Below, one piece after another: positions 24,353 through 37,130 of a stretch of DNA of 38,948 nt. Under the pieces are notes generated by a model that saw only the letters and a list, made by a program, of their open reading frames with translations, made no database searches and had not been told where the DNA came from. How positions within the stretch are numbered: position 1 is the stretch's first letter; every line of letters starts with the position of its first letter. Origin of the DNA: Octopus sinensis (taxonomy: Eukaryota); NCBI RefSeq assembly GCF_006345805.1, contig NW_021835923.1:1-38948 (forward strand), in the 5' to 3' direction. The position numbers and the translations under genes were made by a program.

Positions 24353-25800
24353 TCGTTTTGTGTGTGTGTGTGTATGAAATTCGATATTCATTAAAGTCCT
24401 TCTATCCAATTATATTCTGTATTCTATATTATAAAGAGTTATGATGGCTCATTGCCGTAAATGCATCGTCAACTGGCGGTAATGTGTTGTACATGTGTGT
24501 CCGATGTAACTGTTTGAGTCTTGAAGTTTACAACTCTAATGTTTATAATGAAATTTCATTGGCTGGTTGAAGTATGTTAATCGGTTTGTAGTTTTTATTC
24601 TGGTGTTCTTCAAATATATTCTAAGTGTGAGTGTGTGGTTAGGCGTGAAACTTGGCTGATTAAGTCTATCTAAGCAGTAGGTTAACAATGATCTTCAGTG
24701 TCTGAAACCAATGATAAATTTGCTGTCTTTAATTTAATTAATGGGCGTGATAATCGAGGTGAAATTTTGTACCTCTTCACATTTACACCTGGAATAAACC
24801 GCTCCGTTCTTAGCCGTTCCTTGCAACGATCCCGCACTCTTGGGGTCACTACATACAATAATAGCTCGAATGCGCCAGTTTATATTTGGAGTCAAACAAC
24901 AACAGTTCGAGAAAAGAATATAACGTCACAAGGGGCTGACTAGAGTTGTTCATCTCTGAGAAGCAGAAGCCGCTGGAGTAACAGTAGAAAAGCCAGAGAG
25001 AGGACAGAGTTTGGGATATATGTGCCAGAGTTTGTGATGCGACGATGAGAAATTCTTGCCAAACAAGCTCAGGACAATATTTTAGGTTCCGCTATGTACA
25101 TGTCCTATGTGTGCCTCTGTGTTTATGCGTGAACGTGTGTCCTCTACTGACCTTGTCATTAGCTTATGGAACTTGAAGCTAACCGATCGATGTTTCATAT
25201 CCCGTACATTCCATGTGTTCTTATCCTTAAAAATAGTTTATGGCTAGTTTTGCATCTTTAAATGTCCATCGTCATAATATATACATCATTTGCGTTTATT
25301 GCTTTCTTCCTTTTGCACAAATTCTTATTGCTGCTCCTATTTCTTCTCCTTCGTGCAGAAATTACCATTTTCCTTTATCATTATGTCATCATTAGCAACA
25401 CCAACATCAACCTCCTCCTCCGGCTGGTTGATGCTTAATCCTGTTCTTATTCATCTAATTATTCTCCTTCGGAATTTTTATACTTTCATACTTTCGTAGC
25501 CGCGATACGTGAAATAGTTACTTTTTATTCTTTTTTCCTTCTCATCCATCAAAATATACACTCTTGGAGAAAGAAAGAGAGACAGAAAAGTATTTATGTA
25601 TCTATGCACCGTTCTCTTGTTCTTTCTTTTTTTCTCTTGACAACTAACATCCTGTGTGTGGCTCTAAGTCAAGTGTTCTCTTGATTGCATGCTAAGATGC
25701 TTAACCTGCAATCATCTAAGCATTTCTTTCCGGCTCCAGTAGTATCTAACAATCTAGGTCAGTAGAATAATTGCTTATCACGTATCATCATCATCATCCA

Positions 25801-26029
25801 TTTCATTACTACCCACAAGGGGCTAAACACAGAGAGGACAAACAAGGACAGACAAACGGATTAAGTCGATTACAGCGACCCCAGTGCGTAACTGGTACTT
25901 AATTTATTGACCCCGAAAGGATGAAAGGCAAAGTCGACCTCGGCGGAATTTGAACTCAGAACGTAGCGGCAAACGAAATACCGCTAAGCATTTCGCCCGG
26001 CGAGCTAACGATTCTGCCAACTTGCCGCC
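25801..26029 (-). mobile_element. SINE family D, full length, within a (CAT)n tract
   Basis: Least-diverged-looking copy; (CAT)n on both sides. Confidence 0.9.
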
Positions 26030-26065
26030 TCATCATCATCATCATTATCCTCATCATCATCATCG

Positions 26066-26097
<32 letters not shown>

Positions 26098-26200
26098 GTC
26101 GTCATCATCATCATCATCATCATCGTCGTCGTCGTCGTCATCATCATCATCATCATCCTCATCATCATCATCATCATCCTTCCTTTTCCCTTACTCTATT
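26030..26200. repeat. (CAT)n/(CGT)n microsatellite
   Basis: Visible repeats. Confidence 0.95.
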
Positions 26201-26618
26201 TTTGCACCTTACATCACGCGTCTTCCACTTGATCCATTGAACTCTACGTACATGGATTCATAGCGGTAACAACGTGACCCCGGCTTCTGCACAGCACATA
26301 ATCCTATTTCCTGGTATCCAGAGAACCGGATATGTGCTCACATTTTTATGTCCAATCTCTCACCCTAAAATTACATGGGCTTTTTATTTCATCAGCTCTT
26401 TGCTATTTGTCAGGATACGAAATACATTAATGGCCACGATATACGGACATCAACATCAAGAATGTTTTCTGAAGTTTACGATCATGATTACATGATTACG
26501 CTACATTGTACCGCATTCCCAAGAAGAACTCTGCCAAATATCATTCTATCGTAAATACTTCCACAATTCCAGAAGCAAGAAGAACAGCCATTGAAAATAG
26601 CATTCTCCAAAATCTTCA

Positions 26619-26650
<32 letters not shown>

Positions 26651-26689
26651 AACTCTCTTGCTCGCTCTTTCTGTCTACTCCAATTCGAT

Positions 26690-27510
26690 CTTATTCTCCG
26701 TAACGATCACAAGTAAAGTTTCCATATAACTTGGTTTTACGAGAGACTTGCTGCAACTCCCTGTCATTCACAAGCGGGATCACATTAGATAAATTTGATG
26801 AATACAATGTTTTGGCCCCCAACTCTGTAAAGTTATCGACCGTATCTGGCACTGGATTCTCCTGTCAAAGCTACCGGCCTATGGGCATCCGTCTGTCTCT
26901 CAACTCAAGGACCGGGACCTTATTATATCGTGCTATCAGGTCATGTACCGACGGAGCGCTCACTGATCTACACTGTATCAACTCTAGTGTACCCCTGGGT
27001 ACGGTTCTATATCCAACATTCTGCTATGCATTAATAACATATATCAATAAGACTCAGTCTTACACATATGATACCACCCTTCATTCTCCAATTAACTTAT
27101 GCACGCAAGAGTCATCCACACAGTTTGGACACAGCACAAAAAATCTACACTGACACAATGAATAAAGCTCATGAAAGTATCCTTCTATAGAACTTGGCAA
27201 TCATATTTACATTAAAAGCAAAATTAAAGTGAAAAATACATCACATGACATAACAAGACGTTATCAACACTCATCACTCTTCTTGTACATGGAAAGCACG
27301 AAACTAAATATCTTACGTTCTTCTCTCCAAACGATAGACGTTACGATCACTGAGGATATATCTGCGTAAAAGTACATCAATAACATGGCTAAGGTCGCAT
27401 CAGAGATTTGGAACTTCTCTTCGGACACGGAAAGTATTTAACGTCTCAATAACAGCTACCTTCTACAAAGCTTAATTTTAATTCGCAATGGAGTAATGCT
27501 TGCGCACCTC
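26690..27510 (+). pseudogene. Decayed non-LTR retrotransposon RT (CR1/L2/Jockey-type)
   Basis: DGALTDLHCINSSVPLGTVLYPTF resembles the GVPQGSVL motif; QSYTYDTTLH resembles YADD; downstream KYINNMAKVAS and FYKA*..AME*C resemble the post-RT region. Confidence 0.7.
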
Positions 27511-27577
27511 CAAGAGCGGATGAAGTGAGGCGAATGGATGCTTGCTGTACATGATTCCTGCTGGTGTAATTGTTTTT

Positions 27578-27630
27578 ATTTTTTGCTTTTGAGGTAGACA
27601 AGATTTTTTGCTTTTGAGGTAGACAAGATT
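27578..27630 (+). repeat. Perfect 25-bp tandem duplication
   Basis: attttttgcttttgaggtagacaag twice. Confidence 0.95.
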
Positions 27631-28004
27631 GGTATAACAGATTGGAGGATGTTTACGAGGGCTTTCTCGCACGATTCTTCAAGGAGGTCTGTGTGCGTGT
27701 TTGTGTGTATGTACGTGCGTGTGTGTGTGCGTGTGTGTGTGTGTGTACGTGTGTGAGTGAGAGAGAGAGAGAGAGTAACGGCTGTAACAAACGCAAACTC
27801 ACTTAACTGCATCCAGAGAAAGACCAATTGATTGACAAGCAGAAAGCTGCTCACATACACGCAACATCCTTTATCACACAGACGTTCACTTCCTTCTTTC
27901 TTCATCTCTCTCCTCCCCTCTCACTCTCTCGATCACACACTCACAATACCTCTTTATCCATTTATCTATTTATCGATCTCTCCCCTCGCTCTCTCTCCCT
28001 CTTC

Positions 28005-28035
28005 ATATATAATATATAATATATTATATATATAG

Positions 28036-28081
<46 letters not shown>

Positions 28082-28247
28082 TATGTATATATATATTATA
28101 TAGATATATCTATATGGTTGTATAATATTATATTATATATATTATATATCTATAGATAATATATATACATACATAATATATATATATATATAATATATAT
28201 ATATATATTATATATATATATAGATATATATATATATATATATACAT

Positions 28248-28289
<42 letters not shown>

Positions 28290-28376
28290 ATATAATATAT
28301 ATATATATAGATATATATATAATATATACATAACATTATATATTATATATATTATATATATATATATATCTATATA

Positions 28377-28433
<57 letters not shown>

Positions 28434-28546
28434 GTATGTATATATTATATAATATAATATCATATATATATATGTATATATATCTATGTTATATTATATA
28501 TATATATATAGATATTATATACATACTACATATATATATATAATAT

Positions 28547-28601
<55 letters not shown>

Positions 28602-28627
28602 CATACATACATATATATATAATATAT

Positions 28628-28681
<54 letters not shown>

Positions 28682-28750
28682 CATACATACATATATATAT
28701 ATAATATTATATATATATATATATAGTATATATCTATATACATACATATG
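28005..28750. repeat. About 750-bp imperfect (AT)n array
   Basis: Visible repeats. Confidence 0.95.
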
Positions 28751-29149
28751 AATGTACCCCTTTCGTCGAAAGTACAATGGCCTCTGCCACTTGGAGTTGC
28801 CTCCTCTGGATCCACCTTCACTCCTGCGTTCCCTAAACACTCACCTCTCCTCCACTCCTTTCCTTGAAGAATTCACCCTCTCAAGTTCTGCACTGATCAC
28901 TACCTTCAGCCCTCCTCTTCAGAATATCGGCCCTCGGAAAATTCTCCCCATACAGAAGACAAACAGGAGGCATCTCAGTTGTGTCTGAGTGACCTTGAAC
29001 GCCTTAGGAACTATCCTGTACTGTAGACCAAGCAATGTATAAGTGTTAGCGCACGATATTCTCTGAACTTTGTTACTTCTGCTAAATATTAATAAAAATA
29101 TTGATACGCTCATAATGTGCGTTCTATTTTTGCAGATTGCATCACCAAA

Positions 29150-29171
29150 CCTATATATATATGTATATATG

Positions 29172-29204
<33 letters not shown>

Positions 29205-29380
29205 GTATATATATATATACATATATATATGTACATATGTGCGTGAATGAGGGAGAGAGAGTGAGAAAGCGTACATTTGTGCATGCGAGCAAGTGTATGT
29301 GTATGTGTGTATGTATGTATGTATGTATGTATGTGTGTGTGTGTGTGGTGTGTGTGTGTGTGTGTGTATGTATGTGTGGG
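29150..29380. repeat. (AT)/(GTAT)/(GT) microsatellites
   Basis: Visible repeats. Confidence 0.9.
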
Positions 29381-29924
29381 AATGCGTACATGCCTGAGGG
29401 TGTTTCGAGGGCGGCAGACTGATAATTTTAGGACAGAGCATTCTGTAAGAGACGGTTTATGTAAAGGCCACGGACGAGTATTTATTCTAATTTATTTTAC
29501 TATGTATAATTTTTTTCTCCTATTTTCATCACACACACACACACACACACACACAACCACGCACATACGCACACTGAAAACAGACGTAAAAAAAACAAAC
29601 AAACACGAAAGACAAAATTAACACTCTCTTTGTTATTCGATGTGTAATCTTATTATTCATCAGTTATCTATTATCGATCCGCTCTCAATACAAGACCTCT
29701 TGTCTATTATCGATCAGTACACATCAATACAACGTCTTCAGCACACTAGGCAACAAAGGATGTCTCTACCATTAAACTTGACCTTTCCAAAACCCTGTGT
29801 TCCGCTCACCACCATTGAAACTACATACGCCCCCCCCCCCGCCCCATTTCCAACGCACGTTGTTCCCGCCCTTCTAGATTAGATCATAATGCTATAATGC
29901 TTAGATCTTTGTATGTGAAATGAG

Positions 29925-29936
29925 TATATATATTAT

Positions 29937-29988
<52 letters not shown>

Positions 29989-29989
29989 T

Positions 29990-30024
<35 letters not shown>

Positions 30025-30143
30025 CATATATATATATAATATATATATATAATATATATATTAGAGAGGGATAAAACACATAAGATAAAGTAGTATTTAC
30101 ATGCATCTATATATATATAGGCAACAAATATATAAATACATAT

Positions 30144-30190
<47 letters not shown>

Positions 30191-30477
30191 ATATATATAT
30201 ATTTACATTATATATATATATATATATATACATGCATGCATATGTAAGTAAGAGTGTACATATTGAAGGCGGTGTGCTCCAACATGGCCGTAGTCAAAGC
30301 CTGACACAAATAATGAATAAAAGAATATGTATGTTTATATATATATAAATATACATATGTGTGTGTGTATATAATCATATATGTATTCGTCTTAAATACA
30401 AATACAGTCATATTTATGTATATTTATGTACACAAACGTATACAAACATCTGTATTTTTATATATAAAATCATGCGA

Positions 30478-30509
<32 letters not shown>

Positions 30510-30895
30510 TGCGTGATGTATATATATACACACATATATATATATAAATATATACATATATTTATATATGTATATATATGTATATATATATACATACATA
30601 CATATAAATATAGATACAATATATATACACCAACACTATAATATATATATATGCATATATATACACATACATACATATATATATATACATATATATATAT
30701 ATACATATATATCTATATACGTATATATATATATATATAATATATTATATATATATATACACAGATATATTCAGCCACACATACATATATATGAAAACAC
30801 ATATATGGACATATGTACACACACGCATATATATATATTTTGCATGTATATGTATATATGTATATATATATATTATAATATATTATATATATATA

Positions 30896-30934
<39 letters not shown>

Positions 30935-30950
30935 AAACACACATATGCGT
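29925..30950. repeat. About 1 kb (AT)-rich microsatellite field
   Basis: Visible repeats. Confidence 0.9.
30260..30327 (+). mobile_element. SINE family A 3'-end remnant
   Basis: ttgaaggcggtgtgctccaacatggccgtagtcaaa...taaaagaata. Confidence 0.65.
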
Positions 30951-31804
30951 AAATATGAATATACATCCGCACCCAGCACACATAAAAAGTTCGTTTTCAT
31001 CCCATCAACATGATATCTTTTCAAACCATTTGCTCGAACCAATCAATAGCGCTTTTAACGATTTAACTGAACAAACGTCGTTCACTCTTCTCTCTTCACA
31101 CCCATGAAATTGTTATCAGCAATTATCGATTTATTGACTCAGTGAATGATTATGAGTGAAATGGGTGCGTGTGTGAGTGTGTGTGTGTATGTGTGTCTGC
31201 GAGTAACGAAGATAGAGACTAATGATTGATTAGTTGATTTGAACTTTTACAATAATTCATTTTTATTCATTTTCAGACCATTAGGGTCACTCGCTGGAAA
31301 TTGTTTTAACTTCCAAATGCTAAATAGTAATCTATTTCGTTTCCTTCCTTCTTATTTCAAACGCTTATTGGACACAGCAACGAAGCCTGTCTGCTATATC
31401 GTGTTTGATCGGCCGATAATCTTTTTGACTTTGGTTATAAATATCTCGTTCATACAGCAATTGTTTGTACTGCGTTATTCTGAACTCCATACTCTTTCTC
31501 TGAGATAGTGTGTCGAGGACAACAATATCCATCTTGTCCTTGGATGTCATGTGAGATCGTGTGCTTGTGTTTGTTTGTGTGTGTGCGTGTGTGTGCTTTG
31601 ATTGTAGATAACAATTAAGGAGAGTTTTTGTGATTGATATTACTAACATTCCGAACAACAGCATAGAAAATCCCTTGAGATAAAGTTGGCATACTCTGCA
31701 CGTGTAAAATATATATATATATATATATATTATATATTATTATATATACATACATAGATACATACATAGATACATCATACATACATACATACATACATAC
31801 ATAC

Positions 31805-31867
<63 letters not shown>

Positions 31868-31900
31868 CCTAAATATATATATTGCCTCCTCATCTTCCTA

Positions 31901-31953
<53 letters not shown>

Positions 31954-31958
<5 letters not shown>

Positions 31959-32153
31959 AGAATTCACGAAAAAAAAAACAAAAGACGAAGACAGGTGGTG
32001 TAGAAAACAAATAGATGTATAGCGCTCGGGAATTTACGTTTCGAGCCTACGCACTTCCACAGAAAGGAACACTGAAAGAAACAAGGAGAGAAACAAGGAG
32101 AGAAACAAGGAGAGAAAAATACGTGCATAATGGCTACCGAGCTATCATGGCGC
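31954..32153 (-). mobile_element. (TA)n-associated short element with hammerhead-like motif, copy 3 (degenerate)
   Basis: Homologous to copies 1 and 2; core CUGUGGA, stem II mismatch, deletion next to the cleavage site, (acaaggagagaa)x3 expansion. Confidence 0.8.
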
Positions 32154-32160
32154 TAATATA

Positions 32161-32492
32161 CTTCTACTTGTACTTGTGACAGCGTAAACTCGGAGCGGGT
32201 TGAGCCGACTTCTTCTCTGTCCTAACTGCATCACGAACCATGGCGGCCCACGCTCGACGGTCCCGTGCGAGGTCACTGGAGATAGCGAGCCACTCGCGGT
32301 TCCATCTGCGCAGACCGACCAACAGCGGACCTGATAGTTCGGAGAGGTCCACCTTTATAATCGTTGCCCAGGTCTTCAGCTGTCGGCCCGTGCGCCAGCT
32401 GGGAAGTGGAGGCGGGAGGAGGACATCGCGAATATGCTCACCCTCTGGACGCCGGGCCGCATGACCGAACCACCTTAAGCGCCGTTGTTAAA
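32161..32492 (-). mobile_element. 5'-truncated RTE-clade LINE 3' end with 11-bp TSD
   Basis: Open frame QRRLRWFGHAARRPEGEHIRDVLLPPPLPSWRTGRQLKTWATIIKVDLSELSGP...DRRAWAAMVRDAV; (CAAGTA)-type tail; TSD gcgctaatata at 32150-32160 and 32493-32503. Confidence 0.9.
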
Positions 32493-32499
32493 GCGCTAA

Positions 32500-32591
32500 T
32501 ATATATATATATATATATATTTATACGTCAGTGCACATACAAAGATCTAATCATTATAGCATTATGATCTATCTATCTATCTATCTATCTA

Positions 32592-32644
<53 letters not shown>

Positions 32645-32880
32645 AAATATATATATATATATATATATATATCATATATATATATATATGTTTGTATGTA
32701 TGTATATATGCATGCATGCATGCATGTATGTATGTATGTATGTATACATGTATGTATGTGCGTGTGTATGTATGTATGCATGGATGGAGAGATAAATGGA
32801 TAGATACGTACATAAATACAGACAAACAGACAGATAGACACATGTGTGTGTGTGTATGCGTGTGGGTGTGTATGTGTGCG
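32500..32880. repeat. (AT)/(ATCT)/(GTAT)/(GT) microsatellites
   Basis: Visible repeats. Confidence 0.9.
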
Positions 32881-33239
32881 TAATAAGGACCAGTAAAATA
32901 TCTAGTGTGTCTGTTTCTCAGGTATATTCCTTGTGAGTCAATATGAAAGCAAAGAGTCAACAGGTGATAATTAATTATTGCTGTTTGTTTCATTCTTTCG
33001 ATCTTATCAGACACATGATGAATATTAATAAGTTAAAAAATCGGTGGTTCGTACGTAGTTGATGAGGAAGTTTTAGAGGTGATGAAGTGAGAAGGGAGTA
33101 TTAGAAAGATTAAAAGGAAACTGTTGATTCCTAGGAAGGTGTTTCTGATGCGTCAAGCCGGAGGATGTGGAGATTGAAACAGATTTGGAAAGAAAGCAAC
33201 ACAAAAAGAGATACAAAATAAAAAAGAAAATAAAAACAG

Positions 33240-33269
33240 GAAGATGAAGATGATGATGATGATGACGAT

Positions 33270-33305
<36 letters not shown>

Positions 33306-33398
33306 AAGAAGTAATGTAAATATGTGTTTGACGAAAATGATACAAAAATAGAAATATATAAAATGGGGCGATAAGAAACAGGAAAAAATGGAGAAGAG

Positions 33399-33430
<32 letters not shown>

Positions 33431-33690
33431 AGAAGGAGGAGGAGGAGGAGGAGGAGGAGAAGAAGAAGAAGAAGAAGAAGGAGGAGGAGGAGGAGGAGAG
33501 AAGAAGAAGAAGAAGAAGAAGAAGAAGAAGAAGAAGAAGAAGAAGAAGAAGAAGAAGAAGAAGAAGAAGATGATGATGATGATGATGATGAAGGAGAAGA
33601 CCAAAGATAAGGTGGTGGAGTATGAGAAAAAGAGGAAAAAGGAAGATGAGGAGGTGGAGAACGAGAAGGAGAAAGTAAAGTTTAAATGAT
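33240..33690 (+). repeat. (GAT)/(GTA) and (GAA)/(GGA)/(GAT) trinucleotide tracts
   Basis: Visible repeats. Confidence 0.95.
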
Positions 33691-34765
33691 GAAAACCTGT
33701 AGAGATGAATTGTGGAACGGAAGAGCTTGGATCAGTCGAGTAAAACCGTATATTACAAAATCCCATAATGTAGTCACTAAAATGATATTATTCTAAGCAG
33801 GTGTAAGTTAAGAGATGAGAAACAGTGGGGGAGATGAAACAGAGGTAAAAGAATACACGCACACACGTACACACAAATAAATCTATATCTATATCTATAT
33901 AAACATAAACGCACATAGAAATAAAAGCACGCGCAAATGAAGATATACAACAGAAATACAAAATGGCTGACGGTTAGTAAGGAGAGACATAAATAAGTAA
34001 GAAGAAAACAAAGGACCACTGATGCGGTCACAAGAGTGTGACGAAAGAATTCTGGCCGAAATAAGATTAAGATTAATGTAAAAATAAATAACACTGAAGC
34101 AAAGTAACACCAAATATATAGTGCGTGTGTTTTTATTGGCTAAACTGGCAAAATGACCATTCCTAAATACAACAATATATAAATAAATATATATATATAT
34201 ATAAGTTAGATAACTCAGGTTTCGGCCAATATAGGTCCAGGGCATGTCTAACTTAATAGCACCACCTGGTGAAGTCTTTTAGATTGTGATTCACACTTCA
34301 GTCATAAATGCGACACCATGGCCTACTCTAGCAAAGAGTTATTATTGTTGGAGACATATCCGGGCGTAAGACGTTGTTACGGGAATCTTTTGAGAAATTT
34401 GATCAGATAACTTTTGAATTTAATGCGATCTGTTTCCTTTTTGATGTATTTTGGCATTATTTAAAGAGAACTTGACTGGTTGAGGTAAAGCAGTTGTGTT
34501 TTAATGTTATGTGTCTTGAGTTCGACTTTTCTAGTGGGTGGATATCACGGGGGCCAACACTTGAGTAGATTTAAAAATTGATGCTGACATCATTTAGGCA
34601 ATATTGAAGGAATATTTTCCGCATCATACAAATAATGAAGCGCTAATGGCGGCGTTGGAGAGAGAAGAGATTGAGATTTTTTAGTCGACTCCAGTAGTCA
34701 ATGCCTGTCATGCAGTCTATCTTTCTTGTTATTAACCTTTGATATGTATGTATGATATGTATGCA

Positions 34766-35188
34766 TCCGTCAAGGGTCACCCCCTGTTCAGTCACTCACG
34801 TCTAATGTCATGTACTTTTGGACCCATTGAAACCTCAAACTCCTGTAAAAGGAGGCAGCTACAAGGGTTCTCGCACGGAAGCCATGGTCCCGAGGATGCA
34901 ATTTCTGGTAGTTTTCGGCACATGAGGAAGCCGGAGGCGGTGAAAATGGCTTTGCCTTTTTGACCAGGTTTCCCACGTAACCTACGGCCAATATTCCTTA
35001 AATCCTTAGCTGTCACAGTCTTAGAGGTCTCACAATCGGATCGTTTCTTCCCCGGCGAAGGGTGCTTCAGGAATCATCTAACCGTGTCCACTTGATGACC
35101 TAACATCGCAGTGACATAAAAAGAGGTACATTTAGCATTTGATGACGACAGACTTTTCTTCATCGTTAAGGCCTTTTCCACGTCGCAT
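34766..35188 (-). pseudogene. Decayed Tc1-like transposase N-terminal half, resembling TRT/DD37E
   Basis: Joined across frameshifts: MRRGKGLNDEEKSVVIK..AMLGHQVDTVR*FLKHPSPGKKRSD..TVTAKDLRNIGRRLRGKPGQKGKAIFTASG/LPHVPKTTRNCILGTMASVREPL*LPP/LRFQWVQKYMTLDVS/VTEQGVTLDG. Confidence 0.75.
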
Positions 35189-35859
35189 TGTTCTTAGAGT
35201 GGAGAGACGCTATTAGCGCGGTTCGCGAAAAGATGAAGAACCTGAAATAAAAAAGAAAGTTGTTACATAGAATAATGAAAGCATAACAATAGTGTTGCCA
35301 TAGTGTGTAAACCAGCCGGGAAAGTTTTTATCAAAATCGATTCACAGAAAACCGATAAATCCTACATTTCACTCCTAAGATATTAGGAGTGAATCTTACA
35401 CACGTAAAATTCGTAGGTAATTCCTCATTAATCAACATCTAAGAGATCATAACAGTTACGCGCTGTTATTGTTGAGACCATTTCTTCTTAGAGGAGCCAG
35501 TTGCCGAAATCAACTGGAAATAGCTAACGAACGTCTGTATGATATATGCGCACATTGCTTTCCTCAAAGTCTTGTGTAGAGATTTGCAACAAACAATAGA
35601 TTCGTGTATGTATGTTTGTATGTGGTGTGTGTGTATGAGTGTGTATCTGTGTGTTTGTGTGTGTGCGTGTGTATATGAAAGTGTGTGTAACATATACGTG
35701 CACATTGCTTGCTGCAAGGTCTTGTGCAGAGATTTGCTACAAACGAATGATGAAAGGTATGTAAAATGTGAAACATTTTAGATATCTTGTGAGGGTTCAA
35801 CTTGGACGAAATGAAGGCTAACACCTCTGCGAGGATGTTGGCCATGATGATGGCAGTGT

Positions 35860-36275
35860 CGATGCTGCTACCGCTGCTACCGCTGCTACTGTTGCTTCTC
35901 TCGCTGCTGCTGCTGCTGCTGCTGTTGCTACTGCTACTGCTACTGATGATGATTATGATGACGGTGATTGTGGAGGGAGTAGCTCTAGCGGTGATGATCA
36001 TGAACATGATGAGGAGGAGGAAGAGGAGGAGGAGGAGGAGGAGTGAGAGGAGGAGGAGGAGGTGGTGGAGGAAGAGGAGGAGGAGGGGGAGGAGGATGAA
36101 GAGGAAGAGGAGGTGGAGGAAGAGGAGAAGGAGGAGGAGGAGAAGGAGGAGGAGAAGGAGGAGAAGGAGGAGAAGGAGGAGAAGGAGGAGAAGGAGGAGG
36201 GATAGGAGGAAGAGGGAGAGGAGAAGGAAGAGGAGGAGGGGGAGGAGGAGGAAGAGGAGAGGCAGGAGGAGAATA
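35860..36275 (+). repeat. (GCT/ACT)-(GAT)-(GGA/AGG) compound trinucleotide tract
   Basis: Visible repeats. Confidence 0.95.
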
Positions 36276-37010
36276 GCGTTTATTGTGAAAGATTACGACG
36301 ACGAGACGAAGTTGTTAGGAAAGAAATACGAAGGATAACAGGTTTGTAAATCTAATTGTAAGGTGAAGGAGTCTTCGGAAGCGAGACCAAGGCGGCGAAG
36401 GAAAAACAAAAACGAAAATAAACAGACAAAAGACAAAACCAAAAAATAAACAACAGTGAATGCAGATTAAGAGATAAGCATGAACGTGGTTGTAGAAGCA
36501 GGTGGGAGAGGGAAATAAAGATGGTTATGTTGAGAAGGGAAAGAGAAGAAAATGGCGTCATGATCCGAAAGAGAGATGACGTAAAATCGGCGCCCGGCAT
36601 GTCGGTTGCACGGGGCTGTCGAACAAGTGGGTAAGACACCAGTCTTGTTGGAAGTCTGGAAGTAAGTCGTACAAGAGGCGCCCTAATTTCGAAATCGATA
36701 TCGTAGTCGTGGTCGTTGTAGCTGTCGTCACCATTATCGGTTTTGTTATAGTCAGCATCGCCATCGTTATCACAAAATCTATTGACTTATTTCTCGGTAA
36801 TGCTGTGGGATTACCACACCTGCCGCATATTCGCCAATCTAAGGATCTACCAATACGGTTAATGCGTGTGTATGCCAGTCACATATCTGCATATCAAAAC
36901 AAGAAATTCATACACACACTCTTTCCCAACCCTCTCAGTCACACTCGCACGCACTCACATTAATATGTACGGAGGTGTGTGTGTATATCTATATATATGT
37001 ATATTCTCTG

Positions 37011-37130
37011 AGCACGGCTGTGTGGTAAAAGCTTTGCTTCCCAACCGCATTGTCCCGGATTCAGTTCCACAGCGTAGCACCTTGAGAAGGCGTCTTCTAC
37101 AATAGCTTCGGACCGACCAAAGTTTTTTGC
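37011..37130 (+). mobile_element. SINE family A head fragment
   Basis: cggctgtgtggtaaaagctttgcttcccaacc...ggattcagttccac...gtcttctacaatagcttcggaccgaccaaag. Confidence 0.75.

Noticed and set aside
24698-24943. 81-aa ORF in unique sequence
   Set aside because: No splice or homology evidence; length is compatible with chance.
28760-29050. Pyrimidine-rich unique segment, possibly a LINE 5'/endonuclease remnant
   Set aside because: No motif could be recovered with confidence.
31365-31550. Protein-like minus-strand ORF segment (DKMDIVVLDTLSQRK...)
   Set aside because: No credible acceptor or start, and no recognised homology.
35802-36338. 178-aa ORF resembling a signal peptide plus protamine-like Arg-rich tail
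   Set aside because: Arises from CTG/CTA and AGG/AAG repeats; lacks the mixed Arg codons and interspersed residues expected of a real protamine.
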